A stretch of DNA of 64,000 bases from Candidatus Poribacteria bacterium (lineage in GTDB: Bacteria > Poribacteria > WGA-4E > WGA-3G): positions 514,856 through 578,855 of the forward strand of contig OY282374.1 of NCBI GenBank assembly GCA_958295815.1, written 5' to 3'. The translations under genes were made by a program, and so were the position numbers. The notes under the pieces are model-generated. The model did no database searches. It was not told the DNA's origin and saw only the letters and a program-made list of their open reading frames with translations. The stretch's first letter is position 1; each line of letters opens with the position of its first letter. This document shows, piece after piece, positions 49,046 to 58,119 of this stretch.

Positions 49046-51595
49046 ATGAAATCAGATGATGTAGCTGTCTCACGACGGGGAAACTTGGTCGTGGTAAACC
49101 ACAATAAATTTGAGATTAAATTCAACCTTTCAAAAGGAACATGGGATTACATTAATGAAAGTGGCAACACAATTATCCGCAATGGATGTACACAGATAGC
49201 CCTTAATGATGGGAGTGTTGTCAAAACCGAAGATGCTGGCACCCGCAACTTTATCACAGCGTCTCCACAGGAAGATGCATTCGGTACCTATCACCAGATC
49301 TGTTTCTCACACGAAGCTACTGGGAAGGGTATACGGATAAACACCTACCTCAATTGTTACGCTACACAACCTGCTATTCTGCTGAGAGTCGGTGTTGAAA
49401 ATCTCAGGCAAGGGCGTTCGTTGCAGTTAGGCAGTTTAACGGTACTTAGCGTTTCAACAAACCGCGGTGCGGTATTAGTTGACGGGGCTCCTTCAGATTG
49501 TCACCTTTTCATTAACATGCCGCCTGTTTCTCCGGGTGTAAGTAGAAAACTCTATGACGGGTTTTTGTTGAGCGAGGCAGATGCCAGACATCCTTGTCAC
49601 GATGGGATGCTTCACGATACTGAGAACGACAGGGCATTGGTTTTCGGATTTCTGACAGCAGAGAAATGGTGGCCGCGAATCCAGGTCGGTTGTCAAGGCG
49701 ATTCGGGGACCAACTCGCAATCCCGAGCTAAAAAGACGTCAACATCGGGTGCTAACCCTTGGGCACTCTATCATCTGTGTGACCAGCAGTGCAAATTCGG
49801 GGAAGAAATTACCTCAGAGACTGTGTACCTCAACTTTTCGGGTGATCCTGCAGCATGTTATGAACACTACACGCAGATGTTGGCACTGAAGAATGGTTGT
49901 GCTGAGGATCCTACCTCTCTTGCATGCGATACTCCTATCACTGCTTGGAATCTTCCTTCTGGGCAATCTCCACTGGACGCGGATACTATCTTAGCACAAA
50001 CCGACGAGCTTGCAGAAAATCCTTTTTTTCAACCAAACTTCCTCAGTGGGATGGGTTATATTCAATTGGATGCCGGGTTGGAACCGCGATTGGAAAGTTA
50101 TGCATCGGTTAAAAATGGATCGGGCGCACAGGCTGCTGACGAAATGCAGGCAGCTCTTAGTCAGATCCGGGCAAAAGGCTTCAAGACCGGGATTCGGATT
50201 AATCCCTTTTGTGCGACGCTTGATTCAGAACTCGTGCAGAAACATCCGAATTACTGCATACAGGAGGTGACGGAGCGAAGGGGGAAAGAGAGGACGCGTC
50301 GGCATTCAAGACGTAACACAAATAAATCCGCCACAACGCATCTACCGGAAAATAGTATGGAAGTCGCTCTGTTAGACGTTTCCCACCCCGGAGTGCAGCG
50401 ACATATCCGTGAACAGATTAAACAGATAGTCAACGGATACGGATGTACACTCATCAATGTAGATTTCACAGCTTATACGACCGGTCTCACCAATAGTACA
50501 CATAACTTGCGGTGGCATGACCAAACGCTCACATCTGTTCAACTGTATCGCCTTGCCGGTGAATTACTGAGAGATGCTATTGATGAAGCACGCTCGGCGA
50601 ACGCATCTGCTAATGGAGAGGTTTTGCTCGCTGGATATAATGCTGTTACGGGACCGTGTCTCGGGGACATCTTACTGAACGCTCCGTTACTTAACCCTCC
50701 ATTTTCCAGTATAGGCGCAGTCTCGAACCGCACAAATGACCCATGGCACCATCAGCGAGGAACGAAGCACCGCTTGAGCAGATATGGAGCACATATCCGT
50801 GAACATAATGTACTCTGGCGGCATGTCTTTGGCGAGCTTGCTGTTGATGAACCAAGACCCGTTAATGAGGCGATTGTGGAGATGACAGCTGCAGCGTTGA
50901 GTGGTGGGGCGGTCTTCTGCACTGACCAATTAACAACGCTCGCTTCGTCACGGGCGGCGCACTTGTCGCGAATCTTTCCACTCTTGGGTGACGCTGCCAC
51001 GCCAGTAAACCTTTATGATGAACCATTCCCACAAATCTGGAGCCTGCCTGTTTCAACGCAGAGCGAAACTTGGCACCTCGCGGCAATCTTTAATTGGAAT
51101 GACCACGAAGATGACGCTTACTTTGAACTTGATGTTCTTGGGTTAGACCAATCTAAAGAGTATCTCGTCCACGATTTCTGGATGCGGCAATACCTCGGAA
51201 AGGCGTCGCATAGTTTAACCTTACTGAATATTCCGCCTCGTTCTGTCAAGCTGCTCTGTTTTCGTGAAGAACAGAGCGTTCCACAGCTGCTGGCAACTGA
51301 TATGCATTATGCGCAAGGTGCTGTCGAAATTCTATCTGCGGGTTGGGATGGCAACAGCCAGAGTTACCTGATCGTTTGCAAACCGCTTAGACAAGCAGAT
51401 AGCACCTGCTTTATTCATGTCCCGGATGGATACATACCGGTAGGTGTGTCGGCTTATGGGAGCGGTTATCAATACAATTGGGATGCCCCAGTCTGTCAAC
51501 TAACGTTTACGAAGATTCAACCAGACAAACTGGTACAGGCAAGTATCCAATTTGCGAAAACCTCTGGTGGTTCTTCTGGTAGGCAGGGTTTATAA
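49046..51595 (+). CDS. large glycoside-hydrolase-like protein (GH36 / alpha-galactosidase-like TIM barrel) with a basic insertion
   Basis: GFKTGIRINPF and LLDVSHPGVQRHI resemble GH36/GH27 catalytic-domain motifs; 849 aa. Confidence 0.4.
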   Translation: MKSDDVAVSRRGNLVVVNHNKFEIKFNLSKGTWDYINESGNTIIRNGCTQIALNDGSVVKTEDAGTRNFITASPQEDAFGTYHQICFSHEATGKGIRINTYLNCYATQPAILLRVGVENLRQGRSLQLGSLTVLSVSTNRGAVLVDGAPSDCHLFINMPPVSPGVSRKLYDGFLLSEADARHPCHDGMLHDTENDRALVFGFLTAEKWWPRIQVGCQGDSGTNSQSRAKKTSTSGANPWALYHLCDQQCKFGEEITSETVYLNFSGDPAACYEHYTQMLALKNGCAEDPTSLACDTPITAWNLPSGQSPLDADTILAQTDELAENPFFQPNFLSGMGYIQLDAGLEPRLESYASVKNGSGAQAADEMQAALSQIRAKGFKTGIRINPFCATLDSELVQKHPNYCIQEVTERRGKERTRRHSRRNTNKSATTHLPENSMEVALLDVSHPGVQRHIREQIKQIVNGYGCTLINVDFTAYTTGLTNSTHNLRWHDQTLTSVQLYRLAGELLRDAIDEARSANASANGEVLLAGYNAVTGPCLGDILLNAPLLNPPFSSIGAVSNRTNDPWHHQRGTKHRLSRYGAHIREHNVLWRHVFGELAVDEPRPVNEAIVEMTAAALSGGAVFCTDQLTTLASSRAAHLSRIFPLLGDAATPVNLYDEPFPQIWSLPVSTQSETWHLAAIFNWNDHEDDAYFELDVLGLDQSKEYLVHDFWMRQYLGKASHSLTLLNIPPRSVKLLCFREEQSVPQLLATDMHYAQGAVEILSAGWDGNSQSYLIVCKPLRQADSTCFIHVPDGYIPVGVSAYGSGYQYNWDAPVCQLTFTKIQPDKLVQASIQFAKTSGGSSGRQGL

Positions 51596-51668
51596 CACCA
51601 GTGAATGTGGATGTCACCGACCGCGCTTCTGTGCGATCTTATGTTGCAATAAAATCGAGGATTGGACT

Positions 51669-52301
51669 GTGAGTACTATTCGGACGAAGCTGCAAACTCT
51701 CAAAACACAGGCAAGCGTCTGTACAGCGTGTGATTTGTCGAAAACTCGTGCGAATGTTGTTTTTGGCAGTGGGAGTGCTGATGCGAAATTAGCCGTTGTC
51801 GCGGAGGGACCGTCCGCCGCTGATAATCATACGACCCTTCCATTTTCGGGTCCTGCTGGGAATGTGCTTGATGAGGTGCTCGCTGCGAACGGTTTAACGC
51901 GCAGCCAAGTCTGGTTGACAAATATCATTAAGTGTCGAGCTGCAAGCCTTAAAGGGGGTGTGCTAAAAAATCGACCGCCGAAGGTGTCGGAAATTAAGGC
52001 ATGCTCTAAGTGGCTTGGTGGAGAACTGACCTTGATTCAACCTTCAGTGATTCTGTGTATGGGGGCACCCGCTGCAAAGGCACTCATCCATCGAAGCTTC
52101 CGTATTACCGAGGAGCGCGGCGTCTGGTTTACGGATACACTGTACGCGCCTTTCGCGATGGCGACCTTTAATCCGGCTTATGTCATGAGACAAGAAGGCG
52201 AGGATTTTGAGGCTGTCCGACAAATCGTCATTAACGATATCGCTGAGGCGCAGCGGAAATTAGATGAATCTGAGGCGTTACCGAAATTAACGCTTTTTTG
52301 A
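51669..52301 (+). CDS. uracil-DNA glycosylase, family 4
   Basis: CTACDL...VVFGSG...AVVAEGPSAADNHTTLPFSGPAGNVL; GTG start chosen to avoid a 44-bp overlap. Confidence 0.75.
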   Translation: MSTIRTKLQTLKTQASVCTACDLSKTRANVVFGSGSADAKLAVVAEGPSAADNHTTLPFSGPAGNVLDEVLAANGLTRSQVWLTNIIKCRAASLKGGVLKNRPPKVSEIKACSKWLGGELTLIQPSVILCMGAPAAKALIHRSFRITEERGVWFTDTLYAPFAMATFNPAYVMRQEGEDFEAVRQIVINDIAEAQRKLDESEALPKLTLF

Positions 52302-52347
52302 TGTTGAAATCTCTGATGTATGTAGACGTCCTGAAAAAACAAGGAAA

Positions 52348-53307
52348 ATGCCATTGAAGAAACAAATTGCTATTGATGCCGTGCTAAAAGCGATGCAGCT
52401 TTGTGAACAGGTGCAAGCTGAGATGGTGTCAACTGATGCGATCCAAAAGGTAGATCGGAGCCCTGTAACCGTTGCTGATTTCGGATCACAGGCACTGATA
52501 TGCAAAGCGATCGGGGACGCTTTTCCTGATGATGTTATTGTTGCTGAAGAAGATGCACAGGCACTTACGGAGAACGCAATACTTTTAGAACGTGTCACGG
52601 ATTATGTGAACCGCTTTGCAAAAGAGAACGTTTCTGCGGACACTGTCTGCGAGTGGATTGATCGGGGAAGCGGTGAGGTCGGACAGCACTTCTGGACGTT
52701 GGACCCAATTGACGGTACAAAAGGCTTTCTTCGCCGCGATCAATATGCAATTGCTTTGGCTTATATTGTTGATGGAATTGTTCAACTCGGTGTTTTGGGC
52801 TGCCCTAATTTGTCGTATCGTTTGGACGCTATGGACGCTGAGCGTGGGTGTCTTTTCGTTGCAGCCCGCGGTGAAGGCACGCAGCTTTATACAACAACGG
52901 GTGACTTTTTAAAGCAGGTCCACGTATCAGAGAAGACGCATCGCTTTGCAGAGAGTTTTGAGTCCGCGCACGGTGATAGCGATGCACATAGCAAAATCGC
53001 GGATGCACTCGGAATTACAGAAATCCCTGTTCGGATGGACAGTCAAGTGAAGTACGGCATTGTTTCCCGTGGTGAGGCGTCCCTCTATATCCGTCTACCG
53101 AACCCCGCATCCCCAGATTATCGCGAATGTATCTGGGATCACGCTGCAGGGATGATTGTTGTTCAGGAGGCGGGTGGGACAGTCACAGACGCTAATGGCG
53201 CACCGCTTAATTTTTTAACGGGGAAACGGATGCATGAGAATCGCGGTATTGTCGCAACTAACGGAAAACTTCATCAACACGTTTTAAACGCTTTATCTAA
53301 TCTATAA
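52348..53307 (+). CDS. 3'(2'),5'-bisphosphate nucleotidase / inositol monophosphatase family (HAL2/CysQ-like)
   Basis: WTLDPIDGTKGF and DVIVAEED metal-binding motifs. Confidence 0.75.
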   Translation: MPLKKQIAIDAVLKAMQLCEQVQAEMVSTDAIQKVDRSPVTVADFGSQALICKAIGDAFPDDVIVAEEDAQALTENAILLERVTDYVNRFAKENVSADTVCEWIDRGSGEVGQHFWTLDPIDGTKGFLRRDQYAIALAYIVDGIVQLGVLGCPNLSYRLDAMDAERGCLFVAARGEGTQLYTTTGDFLKQVHVSEKTHRFAESFESAHGDSDAHSKIADALGITEIPVRMDSQVKYGIVSRGEASLYIRLPNPASPDYRECIWDHAAGMIVVQEAGGTVTDANGAPLNFLTGKRMHENRGIVATNGKLHQHVLNALSNL

Positions 53308-53323
53308 GGAGCGAATAGAGAGT

Positions 53324-54289
53324 ATGAAAGCTGGGCAAATTGTCGCACCACATCAAATTGAGATTGTTGATATAGAACAACCGAATCTTGCCGATTATCC
53401 CGATGGTACAGTGAAGATAAAAACTGCTCATAGTGCCATCTGTGGCACTGATATGCCGTCGTTCGTCCTTGAACACCCGGCGGAAAGTTATCCACTTCAA
53501 CCAGGGCTTTCGATTCACGAGGCAATCGGCGTTGTCACAGATAGTAAATCGGACAGATTCAAAGCGGGGGACTCCGTCCTCGCACTGCCACGCTACATCG
53601 GTGGACTTTCGGAATACTTCCTGTCGGATGAGAGCGTCACGATGCCGTTGACGGATTTCCCACGGAAGGACTGCATCCTAATGTCTCAACCGCTTGGCAC
53701 TGTTGTCTGGGCGTGTCGGAAGCTGCCGAATCTGCTCAATCTTGATGTGGTTGTTGTCGGGCAGGGCCCCATGGGGCTTCTCTTTACGCACATGTTGAGC
53801 AATCTCGGTGCGAAGACGGTGATCACAACCGACGTTGTTGACTTCCGACTTACCGTTTCCAAGAAGATGCGTGCCACACACACAGTTAATGTTGAAAAGC
53901 AAGATCCAGTTGCTGTTGTTGAGAAAATTACGGAGGGCAGAATGGCGGATCTGGTTATTGAGGTGGTTGGACACCAGACAGAGACGATCAATGATTGCCT
54001 CCAGCTGCTAAAGCGCAGTGGAACGCTCCTCGCCTTCGGTGTGCCAGACGACCAGATTTACGATTTCCATTTCGCTGACTTCTTCCGAAAAAATATCAAC
54101 TTCATCGGATCCGTCGGACCAGATGCCCCAAACGACTTCCCACTGGCGATGGATATGATTGCTCAGGGTCGTTTGGATGTATCGCCGATTATCACGCATC
54201 ATCTGCCTTTTACAGAGGCGCAACTCGGATTTGAAATGGCTCTGAACAGGAAGCATGAAGCGATCAAGATTATTTTCGACTACGAATAG
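53324..54289 (+). CDS. zinc-dependent medium-chain alcohol dehydrogenase family
   Basis: CGTD catalytic zinc motif, VVGQGPMGLL Rossmann. Confidence 0.8.
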   Translation: MKAGQIVAPHQIEIVDIEQPNLADYPDGTVKIKTAHSAICGTDMPSFVLEHPAESYPLQPGLSIHEAIGVVTDSKSDRFKAGDSVLALPRYIGGLSEYFLSDESVTMPLTDFPRKDCILMSQPLGTVVWACRKLPNLLNLDVVVVGQGPMGLLFTHMLSNLGAKTVITTDVVDFRLTVSKKMRATHTVNVEKQDPVAVVEKITEGRMADLVIEVVGHQTETINDCLQLLKRSGTLLAFGVPDDQIYDFHFADFFRKNINFIGSVGPDAPNDFPLAMDMIAQGRLDVSPIITHHLPFTEAQLGFEMALNRKHEAIKIIFDYE

Positions 54290-54415
54290 TAGCAGGCACA
54301 CTCCGCTGTGCCGTCACATAGTAGCAGGCACACTCCGCTGTGCCGTAAAAGTAGTAGGCACACTCCGTTCTGCCGTCACATAGTAGTAGGCACACTCCGC
54401 TGTGCCGTTCACAAA
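54286..54415. repeat. four tandem copies of hairpin repeat family B (tagtagcaggcacactccgctgtgccgtcaca) between convergent genes
   Basis: 32-nt unit x4, each with hairpin ggcaca-ctccgc-tgtgcc (third copy mutated to gttctgcc). Confidence 0.85.
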
Positions 54416-55458
54416 GGCAATTCAATCGGACGTCCCTCACGGCTTGATTGGTAGATAGCGAGGATAATTTCCACAGCTTTGCGTCCTTCGCGTCCGTCAA
54501 CGAGGTGCGAGGCATCTTTCTCAAGTCCGTTAATTAGGTTTTCCATCTGCCGCCGATGATTTGCATGGTTTATAGCACGTGGGTCGGAGGCACCGCCGCC
54601 GGTATCCGTTTTTTGTGCGAATTGTTCTCGGATTTCCGCATCTTCAGGAAGTTCTGGGTCAAATTCCCAGGTCACGATGTCCTCTTCGGCTAAGACGACA
54701 GTCCCGTGTGTGCCGGAGATTTCAGTCTTCTTGAGCATGCCGGGGTAAGCGGCAGTCGTGCCTTCGATGACACCGAGTGCGCCGTTTTCAAACCGAAGTG
54801 CAGCAACAGCAGCGTCTTCGACTTCGATCCGTTCGTGCGCCAGTGTATCGGTAAAGGCTTGGACAGATTTGACGGGACCCATGAAATACTGGAGTAGGTC
54901 AATGGCGTGAATAGATTGGTTCATGAGCGCGCCGCCGCCATCGAGGTCCCACGTGCCGCGCCAACCGCCGCTATCGTAGTATTCTTGGGAACGATACCAT
55001 TTGATGTAAGCATCGCCTAAGGTGAGTTTACCGAACCGACCGCTCTCAATTGTGGATTTAACGAGTTGTGTGCTTTCGGTGAAACGAGAATTAAAGATGG
55101 CGCATAATCGGACACCCGCCGCGTCACAGGCTTCGATGATCGCATCGCACCGTGGTAAGGTGATTTCCAGCGGTTTTTCGACGATGACGTGTTTACCGGC
55201 TTCTGCGGCAGCGACAGCAGGTTCCAGGTGCGCACCGCTCGGCGTACAGATGCAAACGATGTCCAGATCGTCACGTTTGAGCATTTCCATATAGTCGATG
55301 TAGCTGTCAACGTTGTATCGGTCGGTGAGCCGTTTGGCATTTTCAGCGTTTCTTGAACTGACTGCGACGAGTTGACCGTGTTCTAATTCAGAAATTGCGG
55401 CGGAGTGAAAATCTGAAATCATTCCACATCCGATAATACCGAATCCGTAAGTCTTCAT
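54409..55458 (-). CDS. Gfo/Idh/MocA family oxidoreductase
   Basis: MKTYGFGIIGCGMIS Rossmann N-terminus. Confidence 0.85.
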   Translation of the reverse strand: MKTYGFGIIGCGMISDFHSAAISELEHGQLVAVSSRNAENAKRLTDRYNVDSYIDYMEMLKRDDLDIVCICTPSGAHLEPAVAAAEAGKHVIVEKPLEITLPRCDAIIEACDAAGVRLCAIFNSRFTESTQLVKSTIESGRFGKLTLGDAYIKWYRSQEYYDSGGWRGTWDLDGGGALMNQSIHAIDLLQYFMGPVKSVQAFTDTLAHERIEVEDAAVAALRFENGALGVIEGTTAAYPGMLKKTEISGTHGTVVLAEEDIVTWEFDPELPEDAEIREQFAQKTDTGGGASDPRAINHANHRRQMENLINGLEKDASHLVDGREGRKAVEIILAIYQSSREGRPIELPL

Positions 55459-55517
55459 ATTTTGTATATTCCTTTTGCGAAATCAAAGATTTGTGGCTGT
55501 AAGTTTAAAAATAAATT

Positions 55518-56156
55518 ATGACTTCCAACGAGAACCAAGTTCCAGAAGATCCAACAGCAGAGGAAACGGAAGCAGAGCAGACCTCTGGTAATAAAGTATT
55601 TAGAATTATCTGTATGACGTTTTGCCTTGCGGTAACGGTGCTGTTTCTTTGGGTTTGGCATCACCAAACGCAGTTCAACGACCACTATCGGAAAGCAACT
55701 TTTCTGATGCGCAACGGCGAAGCAAAACAGGCGATTGAAGTGTATCAGAAAGCAATCAAAAATAAGGCTCGCACGATTTTCTTCGCGAAAGAACCTTCAG
55801 CTTATAACAACCTTGGACAGGCGCATCTGTATGCAGAAGAATATGCCGAAGCGATCGCTAACTTTAAAACAGTAATTGAGATGGCACCCGATATAGCTGA
55901 GGGTTACATCAATCTCACAACTGCGTATCTCCGACAAAATTTACCAGCTGAGGCGCGGACTTCGTGTCTGCACGCCCTTCAAATTTTTCCAAAGACTGCT
56001 CTACTCCACTACAACCTCGCGTGTGCTTATGCGTTAGAGGGTGAATCCCAAAAAGCAGTTGACTCACTCACGCAAGCGGTAAGTCTCAACCCAGAACTCA
56101 AGACTTTTGCACAACAAGAAGACGCACTTAAAGGAGTTGTGTCTGAACTTCCGTGA
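55518..56156 (+). CDS. membrane-anchored tetratricopeptide-repeat protein
   Basis: TM helix plus three to four TPR units (AIEVYQKAIKN..., YNNLGQAHLY..., YINLTTAYL...). Confidence 0.7.
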   Translation: MTSNENQVPEDPTAEETEAEQTSGNKVFRIICMTFCLAVTVLFLWVWHHQTQFNDHYRKATFLMRNGEAKQAIEVYQKAIKNKARTIFFAKEPSAYNNLGQAHLYAEEYAEAIANFKTVIEMAPDIAEGYINLTTAYLRQNLPAEARTSCLHALQIFPKTALLHYNLACAYALEGESQKAVDSLTQAVSLNPELKTFAQQEDALKGVVSELP

Positions 56157-56210
56157 GTGTGTAGGTCTTTGTCTGAGTGAATTATACGCCTATTCCCCTC
56201 TATTTGCAAC

Positions 56211-56241
56211 GAAAAATGGGCGAGAATAAATCCCGCCCATC
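56211..56241 (-). terminator. rho-independent terminator (atgggcg-agaataaatcc-cgcccat) downstream of the LamG gene, A/T runs on both sides
   Basis: 7-bp GC stem, U-tract on minus strand. Confidence 0.5.
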
Positions 56242-56278
56242 TCGGTTACAATAGGCATCGGACAGATACAATCTACCA

Positions 56279-57067
56279 TTACCGCTTCAGTTTACCCCAT
56301 GTCGTTGTCAGTTTGCCGCGAGCAGAAACATCAAGCGTTTCGTTGATGATTTTCTGGATGTCAGCTTCAGAGAGTGCGTAGTTGGCTAACATCAATTCAT
56401 CGATTCGGCCCTGAAAGAAACGGGGGCAGCATCCATTATTTTCGCCTCCAAATTTCAACGATCTGTCCGGCATACTCCGACCAGGTCCCTTCTGTGAGAT
56501 AACTTTGCCATCAGATTCCCCGTTGATATAGAAACGCGCTTCGCTCCCATCCCACGCAAGCGCAACATGGGTCCACTCTTTCGCCTTCAGCTTACCGTCA
56601 GAAATATGGTAGCCGGGGTTATTGGTGTCGTAGAAATAGTAGGCAAGTTGGCCGGCACCGGGTTCGATTTGCAGATAATAGGTGTTTTTGAAGAAAATGG
56701 TGAATTTATTCTCTTGACCACCCGCTGGAAGTTCGTCAGGATAAACCCACGCCATCATCGTAATCTCTTCGTCCATATCGACTTCATCGGAGTGCGCAAC
56801 CTCAATAAAATCGGCTTTACCGACCTTACCAGCCATTTGCACAGCGTCCCCAGAAATGCCTTCAGCCCACTTTATATCGCCGTTGAATTCGCCGACTAAG
56901 CCAGCCGTTTCATCTTCAGTCTTATCCCCTTTGCCTTCGTCGAAATGCCAGACATATAACTTCTCACCGAGTTGTTTCACGTTGCCCTTTCCACCTGCAG
57001 TGAATCCTACTTGGCAGATAGATAGGCTGAGAAAAACGCATAGCATTAGAAAAACTTTGGTTCTCAT
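56279..57067 (-). CDS. secreted LamG-like (Laminin_G_3 / concanavalin-like) protein with C-terminal tail ...GKLTTTWGKLKR
   Basis: signal peptide MRTKVFLMLCVFLSLSI, LYVWHFDEGKGD LamG_3-like onset, RBS ggagg. Confidence 0.65.
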   Translation of the reverse strand: MRTKVFLMLCVFLSLSICQVGFTAGGKGNVKQLGEKLYVWHFDEGKGDKTEDETAGLVGEFNGDIKWAEGISGDAVQMAGKVGKADFIEVAHSDEVDMDEEITMMAWVYPDELPAGGQENKFTIFFKNTYYLQIEPGAGQLAYYFYDTNNPGYHISDGKLKAKEWTHVALAWDGSEARFYINGESDGKVISQKGPGRSMPDRSLKFGGENNGCCPRFFQGRIDELMLANYALSEADIQKIINETLDVSARGKLTTTWGKLKR

Positions 57068-57186
57068 CAGTAATTCCTCCGTATAGAATAAGAGAAGGGC
57101 GATGTAAGAACCCGCCCTTCCGGTAGAACTTGGCAATAGGCAGGCTTTGTGACGCTGCCACTATAACAGAGGGTGTTTAGCTGCTC

Positions 57187-57957
57187 CTACATTTTGAGCT
57201 TGCCCCATGTTGTAGCAAGTTTGTCACCGGGGTCCACAGCGAAGAAAACGCCGTTTTCCATATCCTGATTAATCTCATCAACAGAAAGGGCGCGATTGTA
57301 GATGGCTACCTCATCAACCAAGCCAATCATACCGGGGAGTCCCGTTTGTGCCTTGCCGATGCGGAAGACGACTTCAATGCTGTTAATTTTGCCCTTTGGT
57401 GGTGCGAATTCAACGTCCAATTTACCATCAATGTATTGACGAATCATATCCCCATCGAAGGTAGAAGAGACGTGGTGCCATGCTTCCAATTTCGGCTTAA
57501 TGGTCTGCTTGTTCCGGGAACCTTGCCATCCTCCGATGTTAATCCAGGTCTCAATTTGCGGAGCACCGGTAAACTGTGCGCTCCACTGGAGGCAATAACC
57601 ACCGACGTTTGCTGAACTCCTACGTCCCATCAGGTTGGAGTCCCCTTGAGATTCTTCAGGGAAGTACCATCCCTGAATTGTCAGTTCATCCGTGATGTCG
57701 AGTTCAGGGACTGCGTCAACCTCTACAAACTGATCGGAATTTTCAAGATGAACAGCACCGCCAATTTTGCCATCTTTCGACCAGACTGCACCTTCCAAGG
57801 TGCCTTCAATATTATTTCCACTTACATCTTTCACCTTGCCGCCGTCGTCTTCATCAAAAGTGAAGTACAACATGAGTGCCTTATCGTCATTTATTGCCCA
57901 CGTGTTGACACTTAGGCTCAAGGCGATAAGGCAGAAAACAGTGATAACGGATTTCAT
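57187..57957 (-). CDS. secreted LamG-like protein, paralog of 56279-57067, C-terminal tail ...GDKLATTWGKLKM
   Basis: signal peptide MKSVITVFCLIALSLSVNTWA, LMLYFTFDEDDGGKV LamG_3-like onset. Confidence 0.65.
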   Translation of the reverse strand: MKSVITVFCLIALSLSVNTWAINDDKALMLYFTFDEDDGGKVKDVSGNNIEGTLEGAVWSKDGKIGGAVHLENSDQFVEVDAVPELDITDELTIQGWYFPEESQGDSNLMGRRSSANVGGYCLQWSAQFTGAPQIETWINIGGWQGSRNKQTIKPKLEAWHHVSSTFDGDMIRQYIDGKLDVEFAPPKGKINSIEVVFRIGKAQTGLPGMIGLVDEVAIYNRALSVDEINQDMENGVFFAVDPGDKLATTWGKLKM

Positions 57958-57993
57958 TGAGAGTGAACTCCTTTTTTAGCGGGTGTCGGTTAT

Positions 57994-58104
57994 CGGTTAT
58001 CAGTTATGAGTTAAAGAGGGCACTGTAACAATTGACCGCTTTCTGGCGTCCCCAAGTTTGGGTAGATTGTTACAAAACGTCTCTTAACCGACAACTGATA
58101 ACCG
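57994..58104. repeat. nested inverted repeats forming an approximately 110-nt imperfect stem-loop (cggttatcagtt / aactgataaccg outer; tgtaacaat / attgttaca inner; cccaa / ttggg core)
   Basis: read from sequence, between the TPP-enzyme gene end and the LamG gene start. Confidence 0.5.
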
Positions 58105-58119
58105 AAGACTGGTCGCCAT

